From NCBI GenBank assembly GCA_043228905.1, contig JBHGNT010000011.1:2418001-2482000 (forward strand): a stretch of 64,000 bases of DNA, read 5' to 3'. Source of the stretch: Azolla caroliniana. Taxonomy: Eukaryota > Plantae > Polypodiophyta. Below are positions 12,501 to 27,535 of the stretch, piece by piece. Made by a program: the position numbers and the translations under genes. Positions within the stretch are counted from its first letter, which is position 1, and the number at the start of each line of letters is the position of its first letter. A model generated the notes under the pieces. The model did no database searches. It was given only the letters and a program-made list of their open reading frames with translations, and was not told where the DNA came from.

Positions 12501-13945
12501 ATTGGTGTTGAGGATAAACATCCTCCCATCTCTACGCCCTTGCGCAATAACTTCGCCCTCATCCTCAATGAAGCACCCGAGGTGCATAAACCGCACCTGC
12601 ATCCCCTGGTCGACGATCTGTCCGACCGACACCAGGTTCTTCGTGATCGTCGGAACAGGTAATACATTCATCAGCTTCCCCCTATGTCTGACGTGGCTCA
12701 AAGGGACTTCTCCGACGTGCACGATTGGGTGGGGAGTGTCATCTCCGGTTTCGACAACTCCCGGTTGATCCGGCTTCTCCAAAAAGGAGAACCACTCCTC
12801 GTGGCTCTTCATGTGGTTCGATGCGCCGGAGTCAACGTACCACACTTCCTCCGATTTGGAAATGGTCTTCTTCATTGAGTTTTCCTTGTGCTTCATCACC
12901 AAGCATGGCCCCTTACCGTTCTTGGATCCTCCCGATCCGTTTGCGTAGTGCGAGCTTTGTCGGCCTTCCTTATCGGTCTTGCCGGATCCGGATTTGTCCG
13001 AATCGGCACGCTTTCTCCAGCACTCGCTTTCCCTGTGGCCCTTTTTGCCACAGTACCAACATTCCGTAGTGGATTTGTCTTGCCGGCCTCTGGCACCACC
13101 TTGACTCCCTCTGCTTGTGGAAGTTCCGGAACTGCTGTCGGCACGCTCACTGTGCCTTTGTTCCTGCTCTTTCCGGCCGCCTCCATTGCATGCCGACCTG
13201 CCTCGTTCACCACGCCCGCGGGACCGATCCGCTCCCGTGTACAGCATCCGGCTGTCTAGAGATGCACTGGTAGATGCACCGGCGTGGTTCTCCTCTACAA
13301 GGAGCATCGATTGTAAGTCGAAAAATGAGGGTGTATTCTCCCTTGTACAAACCACGGTCTGGAAAGCTTTGAACTTGGACGCCAGGCCTCCAAGACAGAC
13401 CTGCACCATCTCGTCTTCCTCTATGGTGACGTTAATAGAGGCAAGCGAGTCACAGATCCCTTTGATCCGGGCTGTGTAATCTGCCACCGACATGTTCTTC
13501 TATCGAACATTGCTCAACTCCTGTCTGAGTTGCAGCTTCTGGGCAGTGGTGCTTGCGGCGAAGACCTTTCTCAAGTTTCCCCAAGCATCCTTCGGTGTCT
13601 TGGCGTCACGGATATGGATGAGCAGTTGGTCACCGACACTGGACGCGAAGCAGTACATCACCCTGCTTGCCGCCTATTCCCACACTGGGAAGTCCTTGTG
13701 TGTCGTCTCCGGTGCTGAATCATTCACTCCGTCGACATAACTCCAATAGCCATGCCCAAGCAGGTACTAGTGTATCTTGTATGACCAAGATGCGTAGTTG
13801 GTTCTGTCGAGCTTCTCCACCGGGAGAGACGTAGCCATACCTCTGTCCATTTCTCCTTTTGTGTCTATTTTCCAATCTGTTAGGGTTTCCTTCACAAGCG
13901 TAGATGTCTACAGTAGAGGTTCTCAACCCACGCGCTCTGATACCA

Positions 13946-13980
13946 TGTTAAAGATTGCTTGCGGAAGCGTTAGAAAGAAC

Positions 13981-14034
<54 letters not shown>

Positions 14035-14373
14035 AGGACACAGTATTTTCAAAAATTATATGAATACTCTGTGCTCTCTGTGTCTACAACGCGCTCATCA
14101 GCGCTATTTATACAAGTCCACACGGGACTGTTAGAAGTACGGTGCACTTCAATGCTCACACGAGCATCTGACACTAACTACGAGACTATAATTGCCTAGT
14201 AGTCTAACCTATACTAGGCTTCCGGTTACGGATTGGATCTGGCATACCGGCTCCCCAGCTCACCGGTCCTTACTGCTTATCGGCTCGGTTGCTCACCGGC
14301 ATACTGATTCATCTCGTTTACCGGCTCAGGCTTATTCAGCCGATCCGGCTCCGGTTGAGCTTGCCACTCAATA
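13946..14373 (-). repeat. 5' LTR of family-B Copia
   Basis: Adjacent to PBS; matches 8555-8921; begins TATTGAG instead of TGTTGAG on minus; long (GA)n. Confidence 0.95.
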
Positions 14374-15894
14374 AAACCTAAAAAGGAGCATTGTTGGATC
14401 ACAAAGACAATGCAATTCAACAGTTAAAGCAGTTGCTTGAGCGACAACGAAAGGCGACGACAACAAAAGAAGAAGAAGTACAAGAATTAGAGTATATCCG
14501 GGTGTAGGAGGAATATTTTGCAAATGAAATGTCCGAGATGATACTCAACCGATCTGAAATGCAGACGAGGCATGAGAAGGAGATGTATTGACATGTATTG
14601 ACAAATACTGCATTGACATGTATCTGTGCCGAACTCGAAATTAAATATGAAAGCAAATGCATGGAATTACTGGTGGCCGAAGCAAAATTAATGCAAGAAC
14701 ATGGGTCAACAGACGCTCAATTGGCCGAGATACATAAGGAATTGGTCGCGATGCAGTCTCAGGTCAGTTTGGACAAAGATAAAGTTCGACAAATCCTAAA
14801 GGCTCACAAGCTAAAAACGCTAATGTTGGTCGCTAATACCCTCGACAATGGTTGGAAGACCTGGTCGACGCAAGCAGCAGAACTACAATTGTTACATGCC
14901 GACAGGGATAACCGTAACAAACATGGCCAAGGATTCTTCAAGATGAGCAAAGAAACCATTACATCAGTACAAGAAGACCTTGCCCGTGACTTGTATGAAC
15001 TAGCAGCCAGCCATAGGGAGGAGATCACACGCTAGATGGAGGAATTTGATGCCCATGACATCGACACTTTGGTACGATTAGATGGCTACGAACGAGAACG
15101 CCGGCAACATGCTGCAGAACTTGGAGTTTTCACTAAGCCACCACATGCCGAAGATGTTGAAGGGCAAGACAAAGACGTGAATGTGACTGACACCGAACAT
15201 GGAACAGAAGCAGAACCGTCATTGTTCGACATTCTCCGTGACGAGGACGATGACGATGATGACCCTGACTCCATAACAAATTAGAGTAGGATATGACAAT
15301 GGGTTCAACCATGCAAGGCATTGTCCCATGAGCGTGCCAAGTGTTAGCCGGTCGACTACAGGGTCGGGAAGTCGGAATCGGACAAGCTTGAAAGGGTCGG
15401 AGTCGATGATGTTCGAAACTATAGAAGAGTCGGAGTCGGATCGACGTAGCTGATTGATGAGTCACCAGTATTCATTTGCCAAGTAGAAACATATATATTA
15501 GAATTAGTTAAACAGTTTTGTGTTAGTTCTTGCCGAATATAGGCAGGTGTAATCTAGGAAAGAGACTCTCAGTGTCACCTATAAATGAGGAACTGAGAAC
15601 ATTGTAAAGCTATCGTTCTATTTTGGTATTAATATAAGTTATTACTTAGAGTATTTCTATGTCGACAGTATCTCTGTGCATTGTTATTCTCAGTGTCGAT
15701 TCATGGTTTGCTATGCTTAATAAGTAATTATATTAAGTTCAATTAGTCTATCAAGGTTACTCAAATAGCAAGCACTATCTACTGACTACTTCATCTATCC
15801 CTCCTACCACAATCATCTTGATAGAACGTTCGGATCAGAAGGTTCGAACTATTGTGTTGGCTACATACAGTAATCGATTGTTGGCCGAACAACA

Positions 15895-16793
15895 ATTGGC
15901 CAGGGTGTGCATGAATTTGTTGACGACTCCTACGACATGAGCAATGTCAGGCCGTGGCACGACCATCGCGTACATCAAGGAGTTGATTGGCGGTGTAACA
16001 TCAAGGAGCCAATTGTCGGTGTATACGCTACCAACTTCATCATTTCCCCCTCTGGATCGAATGTCAAACAATCTCGCTGAGACAGCCGAAGACTAATTGG
16101 GAGTGGGGTCGAAGCAGATTTGGCTGATTGCATGTTGAAGCGTTCCAAGACACATCCAATATAGTCGTCTTGAGATAGGAACAATTGTCTTTGATTCCGA
16201 AGCTGACTTATCTTCATCCCCAGAATGTGTCTCGCCGGTCCGAGGTCCTTCATGGTGAACTTCAACCGTAGTTGTCAAACGGGTTTGGCAAGCTCTCCAA
16301 CATGTCGATCGGAGAGTAGCATGTCATCCACATAGATGAGGAGGAGGATGGGTGACCCATCTTGAGTTGTTTTGGTGAAGATGCAGTGGACCTCAACGCT
16401 CTTTAAGAAACCGGTTGATTGGATGAAGTCGTCGAACTTCTTGTACCACTATCTTGGTGCCTGTTTTAGGCCATATAGACTCTTCCTGAGTCGATAGACT
16501 AGATGTTCCTGGCCGGATACCATTAATCCTTTCGGCTGCTCCATATAAATTTACTCATCTAGGTCACCATGGAGGAAAGTCGTTTAGACATCTCGTTGAA
16601 TCATCTCCAAATTCTCGGCTACCACGACGCTGAGCATAAAGCTAAGGGTTGTCATTTTCACCACTAGTGAAAAGATTTCATCGAAGTTGACACCATATTC
16701 CTCTCGAAACCCTTTTGTGATTAATCTGGCCTTGGATTTTGGGATGGTCGAATCAGACACCTCTTTTAGTCTATAGACCCACTTGCATGGAGG
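15895..16793 (-). pseudogene. Degenerate Copia reverse transcriptase fragment
   Basis: PCKWVY, LLLIYVDDML, MKDLGPARHILGM, SLMYAMV..RPDIAHVVGVV motifs with stops and frameshifts. Confidence 0.85.
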
Positions 16794-17426
16794 TGTTGGC
16801 TTAAAAGGTTGATTCCTTCCACTATGTATCCTAGTGTGTGAACACGTCCAAATAGTTAGGGCCTAGTATATAAGCAATACATAACGTTGTAACATATCTT
16901 CTTGATCAATCTTGTATTGTGAGTCTTGGAGAAGAAGAGAGAACAGAGAAATAATGAAAGCTTCCATTAAAGCTAAAAACTGTGTCTATGCTTTTGTCTA
17001 TTCTCCTGCCATACTTCCTATGTTGTTTGTTGAGCACATAATAGACGAGTCTCTACATAATTCCAATTATGCATCGAACATCATAACCAACAAGTGGTAT
17101 CAGAGTGACTCGTTGTTTGGCGGCAACAAACAATAGAAAAAACGGAAAGAGAAAAGATAAGGTTAGTGAATCTTACTTCCATAAAGAACATGGCTTCAAC
17201 ATCTGGTATAGGAGTTGAGATCTGAAAGTTCAACGGCAAAAACTTTGCCCTATGGAAGGAGATGATGCAGGACGTGATGATCATTCAAAGACAGGTCGAA
17301 CCATCTAGCATAGCGAAAAGCCTGCTTCAATGTTAGCTGAAGAGTGGAGATCAATAGACGAAATCGCTCGCTCCACCATTCTGATGCACCTAGCCGAAAA
17401 CGTCTACTTCAGCATGTCAAAAGAGA
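16794..17426 (+). mobile_element. Copia 5' LTR, PBS and truncated gag
   Basis: LTR 16794-17092 (TGTTGG...CCAACA), PBS tggtatcagagt 17095-17106, gag MASTSGIGVEI*KFNGKNFALWKEMMQD from about 17190. Confidence 0.85.
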
Positions 17427-17805
17427 TGACACCGAGTGGAGGCCTCACCAACTCGTGACGAATAAACAACACAAGAAATCAATGAAGCTTTGAATTGCAA
17501 ATCGGCAGCACTTCGACCTCTAAAACTCTTGATCCCCTCCTTCTTCTCTCCCCACTTTTATAGCTCAAGGAGAGAGATAAGTCGTTACATTAGGCTGTTT
17601 AAGACAACCTCTTTTCTATCCTAGATTCTCCCTCAATTTCTTCCCATCAATCGCCATTGATTCTCCCTATGTGGGTCTCTTTAAAGTACCTATTATACAC
17701 TTCTTCCTAGTACACAACAACACATAAATATTTACGTGTGTATTTACATAACGACTACTTCGCGTGCGTTCGTGCACATCCCCCATTCACACGCAGTCGG
17801 TGACG
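17427..17805 (-). mobile_element. Probable solo-LTR-like insert
   Basis: Imperfect inverted ends tgacaccga / tcggtgac; TATA (ctataaaa) on the minus strand near 17557-17564; no 5-bp TSD found. Confidence 0.4.
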
Positions 17806-17839
17806 TTTCTCCTTGTGGTCGGAATCCTCCACAACAACA

Positions 17840-18385
17840 ACATGTCGACGACGGGTCAAATTGATAGAACACCCCATGCTAGAGTGAAGGGGGAGTTTGT
17901 TGGGAAAACATGTCCCTCTGGATGGGAAGGAGAGCACAAACCGTATCAGTCGGATTTGAAAGAAAAACAAATCTGGATCCGGATTGGTGTCCTGATCGAA
18001 TACGGAGAAGCATCCGGAAAAGGCCACATATGTAAATAGGTTTTTTCTTATGATGCGCCTATTTAGGCTAGATTCGTAAATAGTCCTAAGTTGTATAAAG
18101 ATAACTAGGGCAAAACTTTATGTGAGAGATTGTAGAGTTTGTAACTGTGCAAGAGAGAGAGAGAGAGACTGAGAATCGAAGCATCTCTGTTGTAACTGCC
18201 TGTAGGCGAAGAAGACGAGCTCGAGGTTGTTGCCTGCAAGTCTCATTGTATTGTCTCTTATAGTGAACGGTTTGGAGTCAGTGAGCTCCCGTGGTTTTTT
18301 ACCCGGTTAGGGGTTTTCACGCTTATATCAGTTTTTCTCTCCCTTTATGACGAATCTCAGTTGAGGCCGAACCCCATTTATACAA
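17840..18385 (+). mobile_element. 3' end of a family-A Copia: pol end, PPT, diverged 3' LTR
   Basis: CRRRVKLIEHPMLE* matches CRKRIGLERHPMPE* at 47763; PPT gaagggggagtt; LTR starts tgttgggaaaaca at 17898; right end approximate. Confidence 0.8.
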
Positions 18386-21300
18386 CAAAACCATCATATT
18401 CATGGTATTATTTTGTGAACCCATTTTGTAAAAGTAACGTTTCTTGATTAAATCACATGTTTGGGTCATAACCTTGCATTAGTAGTGTTGATCATGTATG
18501 TTTGGTGGTGCAAATCAGGTGTGGTTAACATTAATTGAGTGTTAACTACTCCTACACCGTTGTTTGCATAAGGGGAGGGGAGAGGAGAAATGTGGGCCGG
18601 TGATCGAGCCCTCACCTCCTTTAAAGTAACTAAGGTTACTAGTTCAAGTGTTTCTTAAAGGGTTTGATGTTTGGTTCATTATAATGGTTCCACATGTTTT
18701 TCGTTTAGAATTGTTACACCCTGATAATGAAAACATGCCATTACAAATCATTGTGCATAAACCATGGTTTGAAAAAATATTGTTGCATTAAGGCAATGCT
18801 AATAAACGAAAGAAGTAAGTAGAGAGAAGAATAAGTGATAAAAATGTTTGCCAACGGTTTCATTCTAGTAAGAATAGATCATTGTGCAAATGTTTTTTTC
18901 CTTCACCATATGGTAGACGGAAAATAATATCCAAATATAGAAGTTTTAATATGTGGTAGATTTCTATTGATTGTTATGTTTTTTTTAATAGATGAACGTC
19001 AACCCAAACTTTTGGCATTTGAAAGAGTACATCTCGAAGAGAATGAAGACTTCAGCCCAATGGCACTTAATATGTAAGATTCACACCACCCGATGTTTCA
19101 TGGCATCAAAATGTATAGGGAATCTTTGATACACGAGACTCTAGGCTTTACAAAGAGTCATGATTTATTGGGTCCGCATTTCAACCTATGGCTTTGAAGA
19201 GAAGAAAAGGTGGGGCAAACTCAAAGGGAGACCATAATCCCTCCAATGGATTTTGGAGGGCTCAAGTAACACTTGAAAATTATCTATGGGGAAAATTATA
19301 AAAAATATTGACCAACTTATGCATATTTATATGTGTGCACATACTTATGGCACCCCCAAATATATGACAATTTAGATGCCAACATGTGACAATTAGATAT
19401 GACTAGTTTTATACTCTTTTCTCTTCTCATCTTTACACCTATTAAAATATCATGTATTTCTCGGCTCAAAGGCCTTGTAAAAAGATGTGTATAAATTATT
19501 ATTATTAAATGAACAAACGTCATATCATACATCGGTCCAAAGTTCCATTAGTACTCCAATGCAAGTCCAACTTAACGAGCGAAAATTGAACAATAATATA
19601 CTTAAAGAAAGTGTGAAGTATGAAGTTTGCATTGATATGAATCTTCGATAGACGGTACGCCCTTTGGAGAATTTTTTATTTAGTTTTGTAGCCATCAAGT
19701 CCATTATTACTAGTGATGATTTTAGTTTGGTCTAGTGGCAAATAAAATAGATATTGTGAGCCTTGGAAATGATTGTTTGACATTTTAAGTTAGGTTTTTT
19801 TATCGTCCTGGCGAGGGAGAGCATTGTCATATAGAAGTTAGGAAGAGAAATGTGTGTAACAATACATCAAGGTTGAAAATGCGGAGAAAGCAAACGCATA
19901 GGTGTAGCAGTGAATTAGAGCATTCATAGCATGTGCTTCTCAGCATTAGAGTGTTGTTGGTCTTGATGTATATCCGTTTTTTGCTTATCGCGTTACTGAT
20001 AGCCAAACTATTGTGGGAGTTTTTTTCAAGTTTCAATGAAAGGGCCCAATGTTGCGCTCGTTGTAAAAAGCATAATGAACTAATTTTAGTTTGCACTCAC
20101 TACTACCTCGTAGAAAACGCTTATCCAACAACGCGTTGATCGTGGCATTTCCCCCTCTTGCTCCCAAACAATTGCCTTATCAAATCATTACCCAGAAACC
20201 AACAAAAAGATAACTAAACAACCATCATTATTGTTTTATCTTGCCGATACAATATGAATGTCTTCTACAATATATTTAATAACAAGAACAATGTAGATTA
20301 CTTGTTTACATGCACAAATCACCTCCCATGCACCAAACGTTCAAACATGAATGTGGCCTTATGAAGACAACATAGTAATCATGGATGTTTCCGTCATGCA
20401 TGCATGGCCACATGATCTAAAAGATGTTATACATACTCACCCATATAAGAAGCATGTAATGGTTCATGAATGATTTAAATTTTGATGTATGTCTCTATTA
20501 GGCAACGACAATAGGAGGTTGAAATGACATTATAAAATAACAATACCTTTGATGAGCAGAAAGTTCCACCCTTATTCCAAATGATGGATTTAAGGCCACT
20601 GGTTAACGAGATCATTAAGTGCTAAAGATAAAGGTTAATGCATCGTCTCTGTGTGTTCATTCGAAATTATACAATGGGTAAATATGATCGTGTAATGTTA
20701 AAATTCTCTATGATTATAACATCATGCTATTATGTTCACCGTAAAAGGCATCCAAATATTGATTTAAACTTCCTAATAGAAGGGTCGACGAGAGATGGGA
20801 GTGTTCAAAATGAGAACATTATCGTATAAAAAGGATAGAAAATCTTATATCAATGTTTGATATCTTGAGTTAGCGCACATTCATCGACAATTATGCACAG
20901 GGCTAAGTTATGTGTATTATTTCGAGCAACATAAGATTGGCAAGAGGTCCATGGCTTGATTTTTAGAGGTGGAAAGAGGAGTTACATAGATGCAAAGTTC
21001 AACACTATTTGGGCCCCGACACCCCATGTGGGTGGAAGGAAAAGCTTCCACTAGTGATTGGACCAAGAATTTCATGTCTAGCATCAATAGGCACACACTT
21101 TTTTTTGTAGGTAATAATGATTACAGGTGACACCGGTACGAACTCTCGCCAGAGCACTCACAACTTTCAATCCACATTTTCTTGCAAAGCAATGATTTTC
21201 CTATGCATCCATGCATGGACTTTGGACATAAATAGTTTTTTTAATGCAACATGTCTGATGTTATAGTAAGGCGGCGTGTTCTATCCCCTTATTGTATGTA

Positions 21301-21644
21301 TGTATGTATACAGATTTGTGACCAATGAAACTGTGGCAGATCGAAACGTGGATTCGATGCGTCTCACGAGGATATTCCATAAGGATTGACAACATGCTCA
21401 CATTTCAGGTAGTGAAGTTGTACCGAAACGCATTCATGTGTAAAAAAGATTCCGTGGCTATGTTCGGGTGCTAAATGACGGGATGATGAGTACAATACTA
21501 CTTAGAGCAATCGTGGGCGAGTTCTACTCGCTTGCCTAGAAGGAAGGAACTACTCTCGGGTTCCTTTTTTGCAACTGATTCGTTTCCGCGCCAATCATGG
21601 GGCGGGCTCTTCCAATCAAAGGACATATGTAGCCAAGCTTAGTG

Positions 21645-21910
21645 GCAAAAAGCAAAAAGCAAAAAGCAAAACTCGGAAGGCAAAAAGCAAGAACTCCCCC
21701 CCCCATTCATTCGAAAAGCAAAGAGATGAGAAGAGAAAGAGGTCAAAGATGATTTGCGTTTCCTGAGAGAAAAGCAAAAAAAAGAAAAGAAAAGCAGAAA
21801 GCAAAAAGCAAAAAGCAGAAAGCAAATCATTCGAAAAGCAAAGAAAACAGAAGAGAAGAGAAAGAGGTCAAAGAGATGATTTGCGTTTCCTGAGAGAAAA
21901 GCAGAAAAGC
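21645..21910 (+). repeat. Purine-rich tandem duplication (about 120 bp x2) upstream of ROP
   Basis: tcattcgaaaagcaaag...gatgatttgcgtttcctgagagaaaagc occurs at about 21707 and 21827, with (gcaaaaa)n runs. Confidence 0.8.
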
Positions 21911-21927
21911 AACGGGCACTTCCGTTC

Positions 21928-21978
<51 letters not shown>

Positions 21979-22025
21979 GTACTTACACAGTCACTCCCCT
22001 GCACCTCCGCATTCTTCTCCTTCTT

Positions 22026-24268
<2,243 letters not shown>

Positions 24269-25289
24269 GAGATTTCAAATAAAAGAGTATGAAGCTAGTA
24301 GCTAGCACTCTCTTGCTTCGGTCACATGTAAGGATCGGATCTATGAAGGTGTGTAGGGATAAGATTTGTCTCCTTGGCCAGTTAAAAATGTAACCAAGGA
24401 TATGATCTCATTTACCATTTGTAAGTTCGAACCTTTTCTCTCGATCAAACTCAGATGAGAAAAGAAAAGGGTGGATACAAATGTAGAGCTTTTTCGGTGA
24501 GCCGAAACGAATGTAAAAAAAAACAAAACAAAATCGCCATAGACAACATTCTTCTCCTTTTGCTGTTATAATGATCTTGCCCAACTTTTTATGGATTAGG
24601 TTTAACACTTTTGATGTACATCAAGAGGTATAATATGGTAGAAGAATCCATCAAACTACATTATATGTAAAACCCTCTATTGGCATGATGTCTTGGATTT
24701 TAACTAATCTTTTGTATGTAAACAAAATGTGTTAAGAAGAAAAGAAAGCCTTTTTCATTGAAATGCCAGTTGTTCAACTTGCATAATGGAGCACTACATT
24801 ACTTTATTTTCACACATGATTAATCATTAAAATTATGACATAAACAGAGTCATACACATGAATGCATTGGGTAATAATACATAGTGCTTTAAGTCTAAAA
24901 CTCTTGACAAATGAGGTTTCATTTCCTGTTTACTAAAGAAATTCTTTATAATTGCAGTTTGAGATTATGCACACAAATTAATCTGCTTCTAAATACACAT
25001 GGCTTTACAAATAACTTTCCACAACCATGTGGTTGAAAGACAATGGAGCACTACATGTTCATGAGACTCCACAAGAATTATTTACAATCACTCATTGAGA
25101 AGGTAGTTAACACTTTGGATAAAATCAGGTAGCATCAATGATAAACATAATGGAGCAGGAGCAGTACATGTTCGTTAGAAATTGAGATTTACAATCACAC
25201 ATTGACAAGTTAATTAAAACATTTCGATGAAAGAAGCGAGTAGCATTGAAGAGAAACATATCGATGAGAGATGAGAACATTTGTTTTCT

Positions 25290-25880
25290 CCCATGTGGCG
25301 GCACTCCTGGCTTCTACTAGTAAGTAGAGACTCCAATTGTCCCACCATATATCTAGCTACAATCAAACTACTTGGGGTGGCCTACCTCATCTGGCAATCG
25401 AGAACAATCTTTTGTCTCGAATCACACCCAGGTACCCACCCAATCACAACGACTTGTATCCAATTATGTAGACCTAGTTAGTTATTGAGAATCCCCTCAG
25501 TCCTTCTTGCAAGCAACTTAAATGTCCTTGAAAACATCTTCGGTGGCCATGGAAATAACTTCACAACTCTCACTACACATAATGCCAATTGTCTAGACTC
25601 TACACAAACAACCTCTGGGTCATCCAATATCACACCTCATCACAAACAGGTAAAAAAAAAAAACAGACCCAACTACCGATAGTCACACCTAGCAACTAGT
25701 AAAAGAAAAAAACCCCTCAATCATCCCCTGTTTACCACCAGACAACCTCTCTAGACCCCAGACACTCGGAAACCTGTCGAGATCTGTCGCTCACTTACCG
25801 ACAATCAAGGGAAAGAGATGTTTCAAGACCTTGATATTTTGTACATATCTCAAGTAGATGGAATTTGTAAATAAATAGAA
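25290..25880 (+). mobile_element. Possible 5'-truncated LINE 3'-end remnant
   Basis: AYLIWQSRTIF resembles the WxIWxxRNxxIF motif at the end of plant L1 ORF2; followed by an A-rich end and simple repeats; heavily decayed. Confidence 0.3.
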
Positions 25881-26059
25881 ATTTAGAGGAATTGATGGGA
25901 GTTTAATTCATTAATTCATGAATTAATCAATCAAGTAATTAATTAATTAATCAATCAATCAATCAATTATTTATTTATTTATTTTTGCATGTGAATTGAG
26001 TGAATCTTCATATAAATAAAGCCTCTCTCTTCTTCCTTTCCTTAATCAAATTTCCTCTG

Positions 26060-26103
<44 letters not shown>

Positions 26104-26132
26104 CTCTGTTTTTTCTTTCTCTGGTTCTCTGC

Positions 26133-26516
26133 ATGGCTTCTTCCTGCTTCCTCTTTTCTGCATCCCCTGCAGCGTTGGCCCCTCCAACTGTGAGTAACTG
26201 CTAACAATAATGCTCTTTATATATTAGTGATTTTCAAGGGTTCTTGTGTTTAGGATCCTATCCATCTTCAGATTTTGCCTTCTTTTAATACCACTTTTCA
26301 TGGCACTCATCAGCATTCATATGCTCTTCCTAATGTATATGCATACCCTCGTTGGTTGTTATGCAGAGGATTTTTGATGATTTTAGTGGATTAAGCAGAG
26401 TATCGGTGAAGCTCCAATTCGCTAGGAGGCCATGCAAGCTCACCATTAAAGCTGCAGAGAGGAATTATATTGGGTCAAGAAAACCCTTGATGGTTTCTTG
26501 TAAGGTAACATCATAT

Positions 26517-26560
<44 letters not shown>

Positions 26561-27535
26561 GGAATAAATGATGGGTGTTTTGTTTAACCCATGAAACAAA
26601 TTGTATAATATTGATGTTGAAATGATCGAATTGATGCATGCAGAGCACCCTTGATGAGGTGTCGGATATCATAGCGACCCAACTGTCGGTAGATCGCAGC
26701 AGTGTGAATCCCCACACCAAGTTTTCAGAACTTGGCGCCGATTCTCTCGACACGGTATTTAAGTGAAACATTTAGGATGTATCCTTCATACTGGCATCTA
26801 TAGGCTAATGCTCATCTAAATATGTTTACTAGGGCTTGATCCCTCATCTTGTTTACTAGGGTTTGATCCATCATCTTGTTTCCTGGGGTTTGATTCCTCA
26901 TCATGCTCTAAATATGTTTACTAGGGTTTGAATCCTCATCATGATTACTAGGGTTTGATCCATGATCTTGTTTACTAGGGTTTGATCCCTCATCATGCAA
27001 TGTGTTATTATGTATAGGTCAGTTTCAGCATAGGTTTCATGATCTGACTGAGCTTTATGACCAAAAGTGTTAGGAATCTCATGAAGTATTGTCATTATCT
27101 TGATGGTGGTATTAATTTGTGAGCTAAATTCATGAACTAGCTAGGATTATGTTTGCATGTATTGTAATGGCAGCACAAGAGACATGTTTGCATGACCTTT
27201 TATTTTGTAGTGGCACCACCATGGACTTTGCGTGTCGGTATATAAGTGGCACCACTAGTGACACATGTTTGTGTTATGTTTTCCATGTATTTAACATGGA
27301 CTTTGTCTTTGCCTAAGTCCTTATGATTTTGTGAATTCATGCAACATAGTCATAATCCAACAGTTTGTGTGGTACCCACAAAATTTGATTGAAGCTTTGG
27401 ATTTCCTTCTAGGTGGAGATAGTCATGACATTAGAGGAGAAATTTGGTGTGAGCATTGGAGAGCAAGATGCCGAGAATGTGTCTACTGTGCAACAAGTCG
27501 TGGATCTCATCGAGAAGCAAACCGTTTCTTCTTGA
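26133..27535 (+). CDS. ACP: Plastid acyl carrier protein, 142 aa, 4 exons
   Basis: Exons 26133-26189, 26367-26504, 26644-26754, 27413-27535, in frame and GT-AG. Ser/Arg-rich transit peptide; LGADSLDT|[12 protein letters not shown] phosphopantetheine motif. Confidence 0.95.
26823..26995 (+). repeat. Intronic minisatellite (about 27 bp x6) containing TAGGGTTT
   Basis: tgtttactagggtttgatcc(c)tcatc repeated in ACP intron 3. Confidence 0.85.

Larger units (their letters stand above)
8555..14373 (-). mobile_element. Full-length Ty1/Copia retrotransposon (family B) with TSD AAACC
   Basis: 3' LTR 8555-8921, 5' LTR 13946-14373, TSD aaacc 8550-8554 and 14374-14378, PBS tggtatcagagcgcg 13931-13945, PPT at 8922-8933. 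gag from about 13849 (MDRGMATSLPVEKL), CWYCGKKGHRESEC, VDSGAS, integrase 11877-12245, RT YVDD 9891-10769, RNase H 9541-10008; many stops. Confidence 0.97.
6799..15284 (+). pseudogene. Extra retroelement ORF (env-position, coiled-coil, acidic tail) split by a Copia insertion
   Basis: ORF pieces 6799-7212, 7379-7750, 8452-8554, 14598-15035, 15036-15284. The reading KMEDFITLAKT*KGALLDHKDNAIQQLKQLL continues across the AAACC TSD. Confidence 0.65.
5394..15894 (+). mobile_element. Ty3/Gypsy non-chromovirus (Athila/Tat-like) 3' half: integrase, long extra ORF, probable 3' LTR; interrupted by Copia 8555-14373
   Basis: Integrase motifs LHEAHCG...GHY, WGLDFV, ATDYCTKWVEA, YYPQANG, GKLRFRW, NGFRLKPY (5394-6555). 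Extra ORF 6799-8554 plus 14379-15284. LTR-like segment about 15342-15894 with TATAAAT near 15579; its boundaries are uncertain. Confidence 0.75.

Noticed and set aside
18990-21560. Exon-like, coding-looking patches in the intergenic region upstream of ROP
   Set aside because: Frequent stops and no motif I can identify; may be decayed DNA-transposon sequence, needs BLASTx
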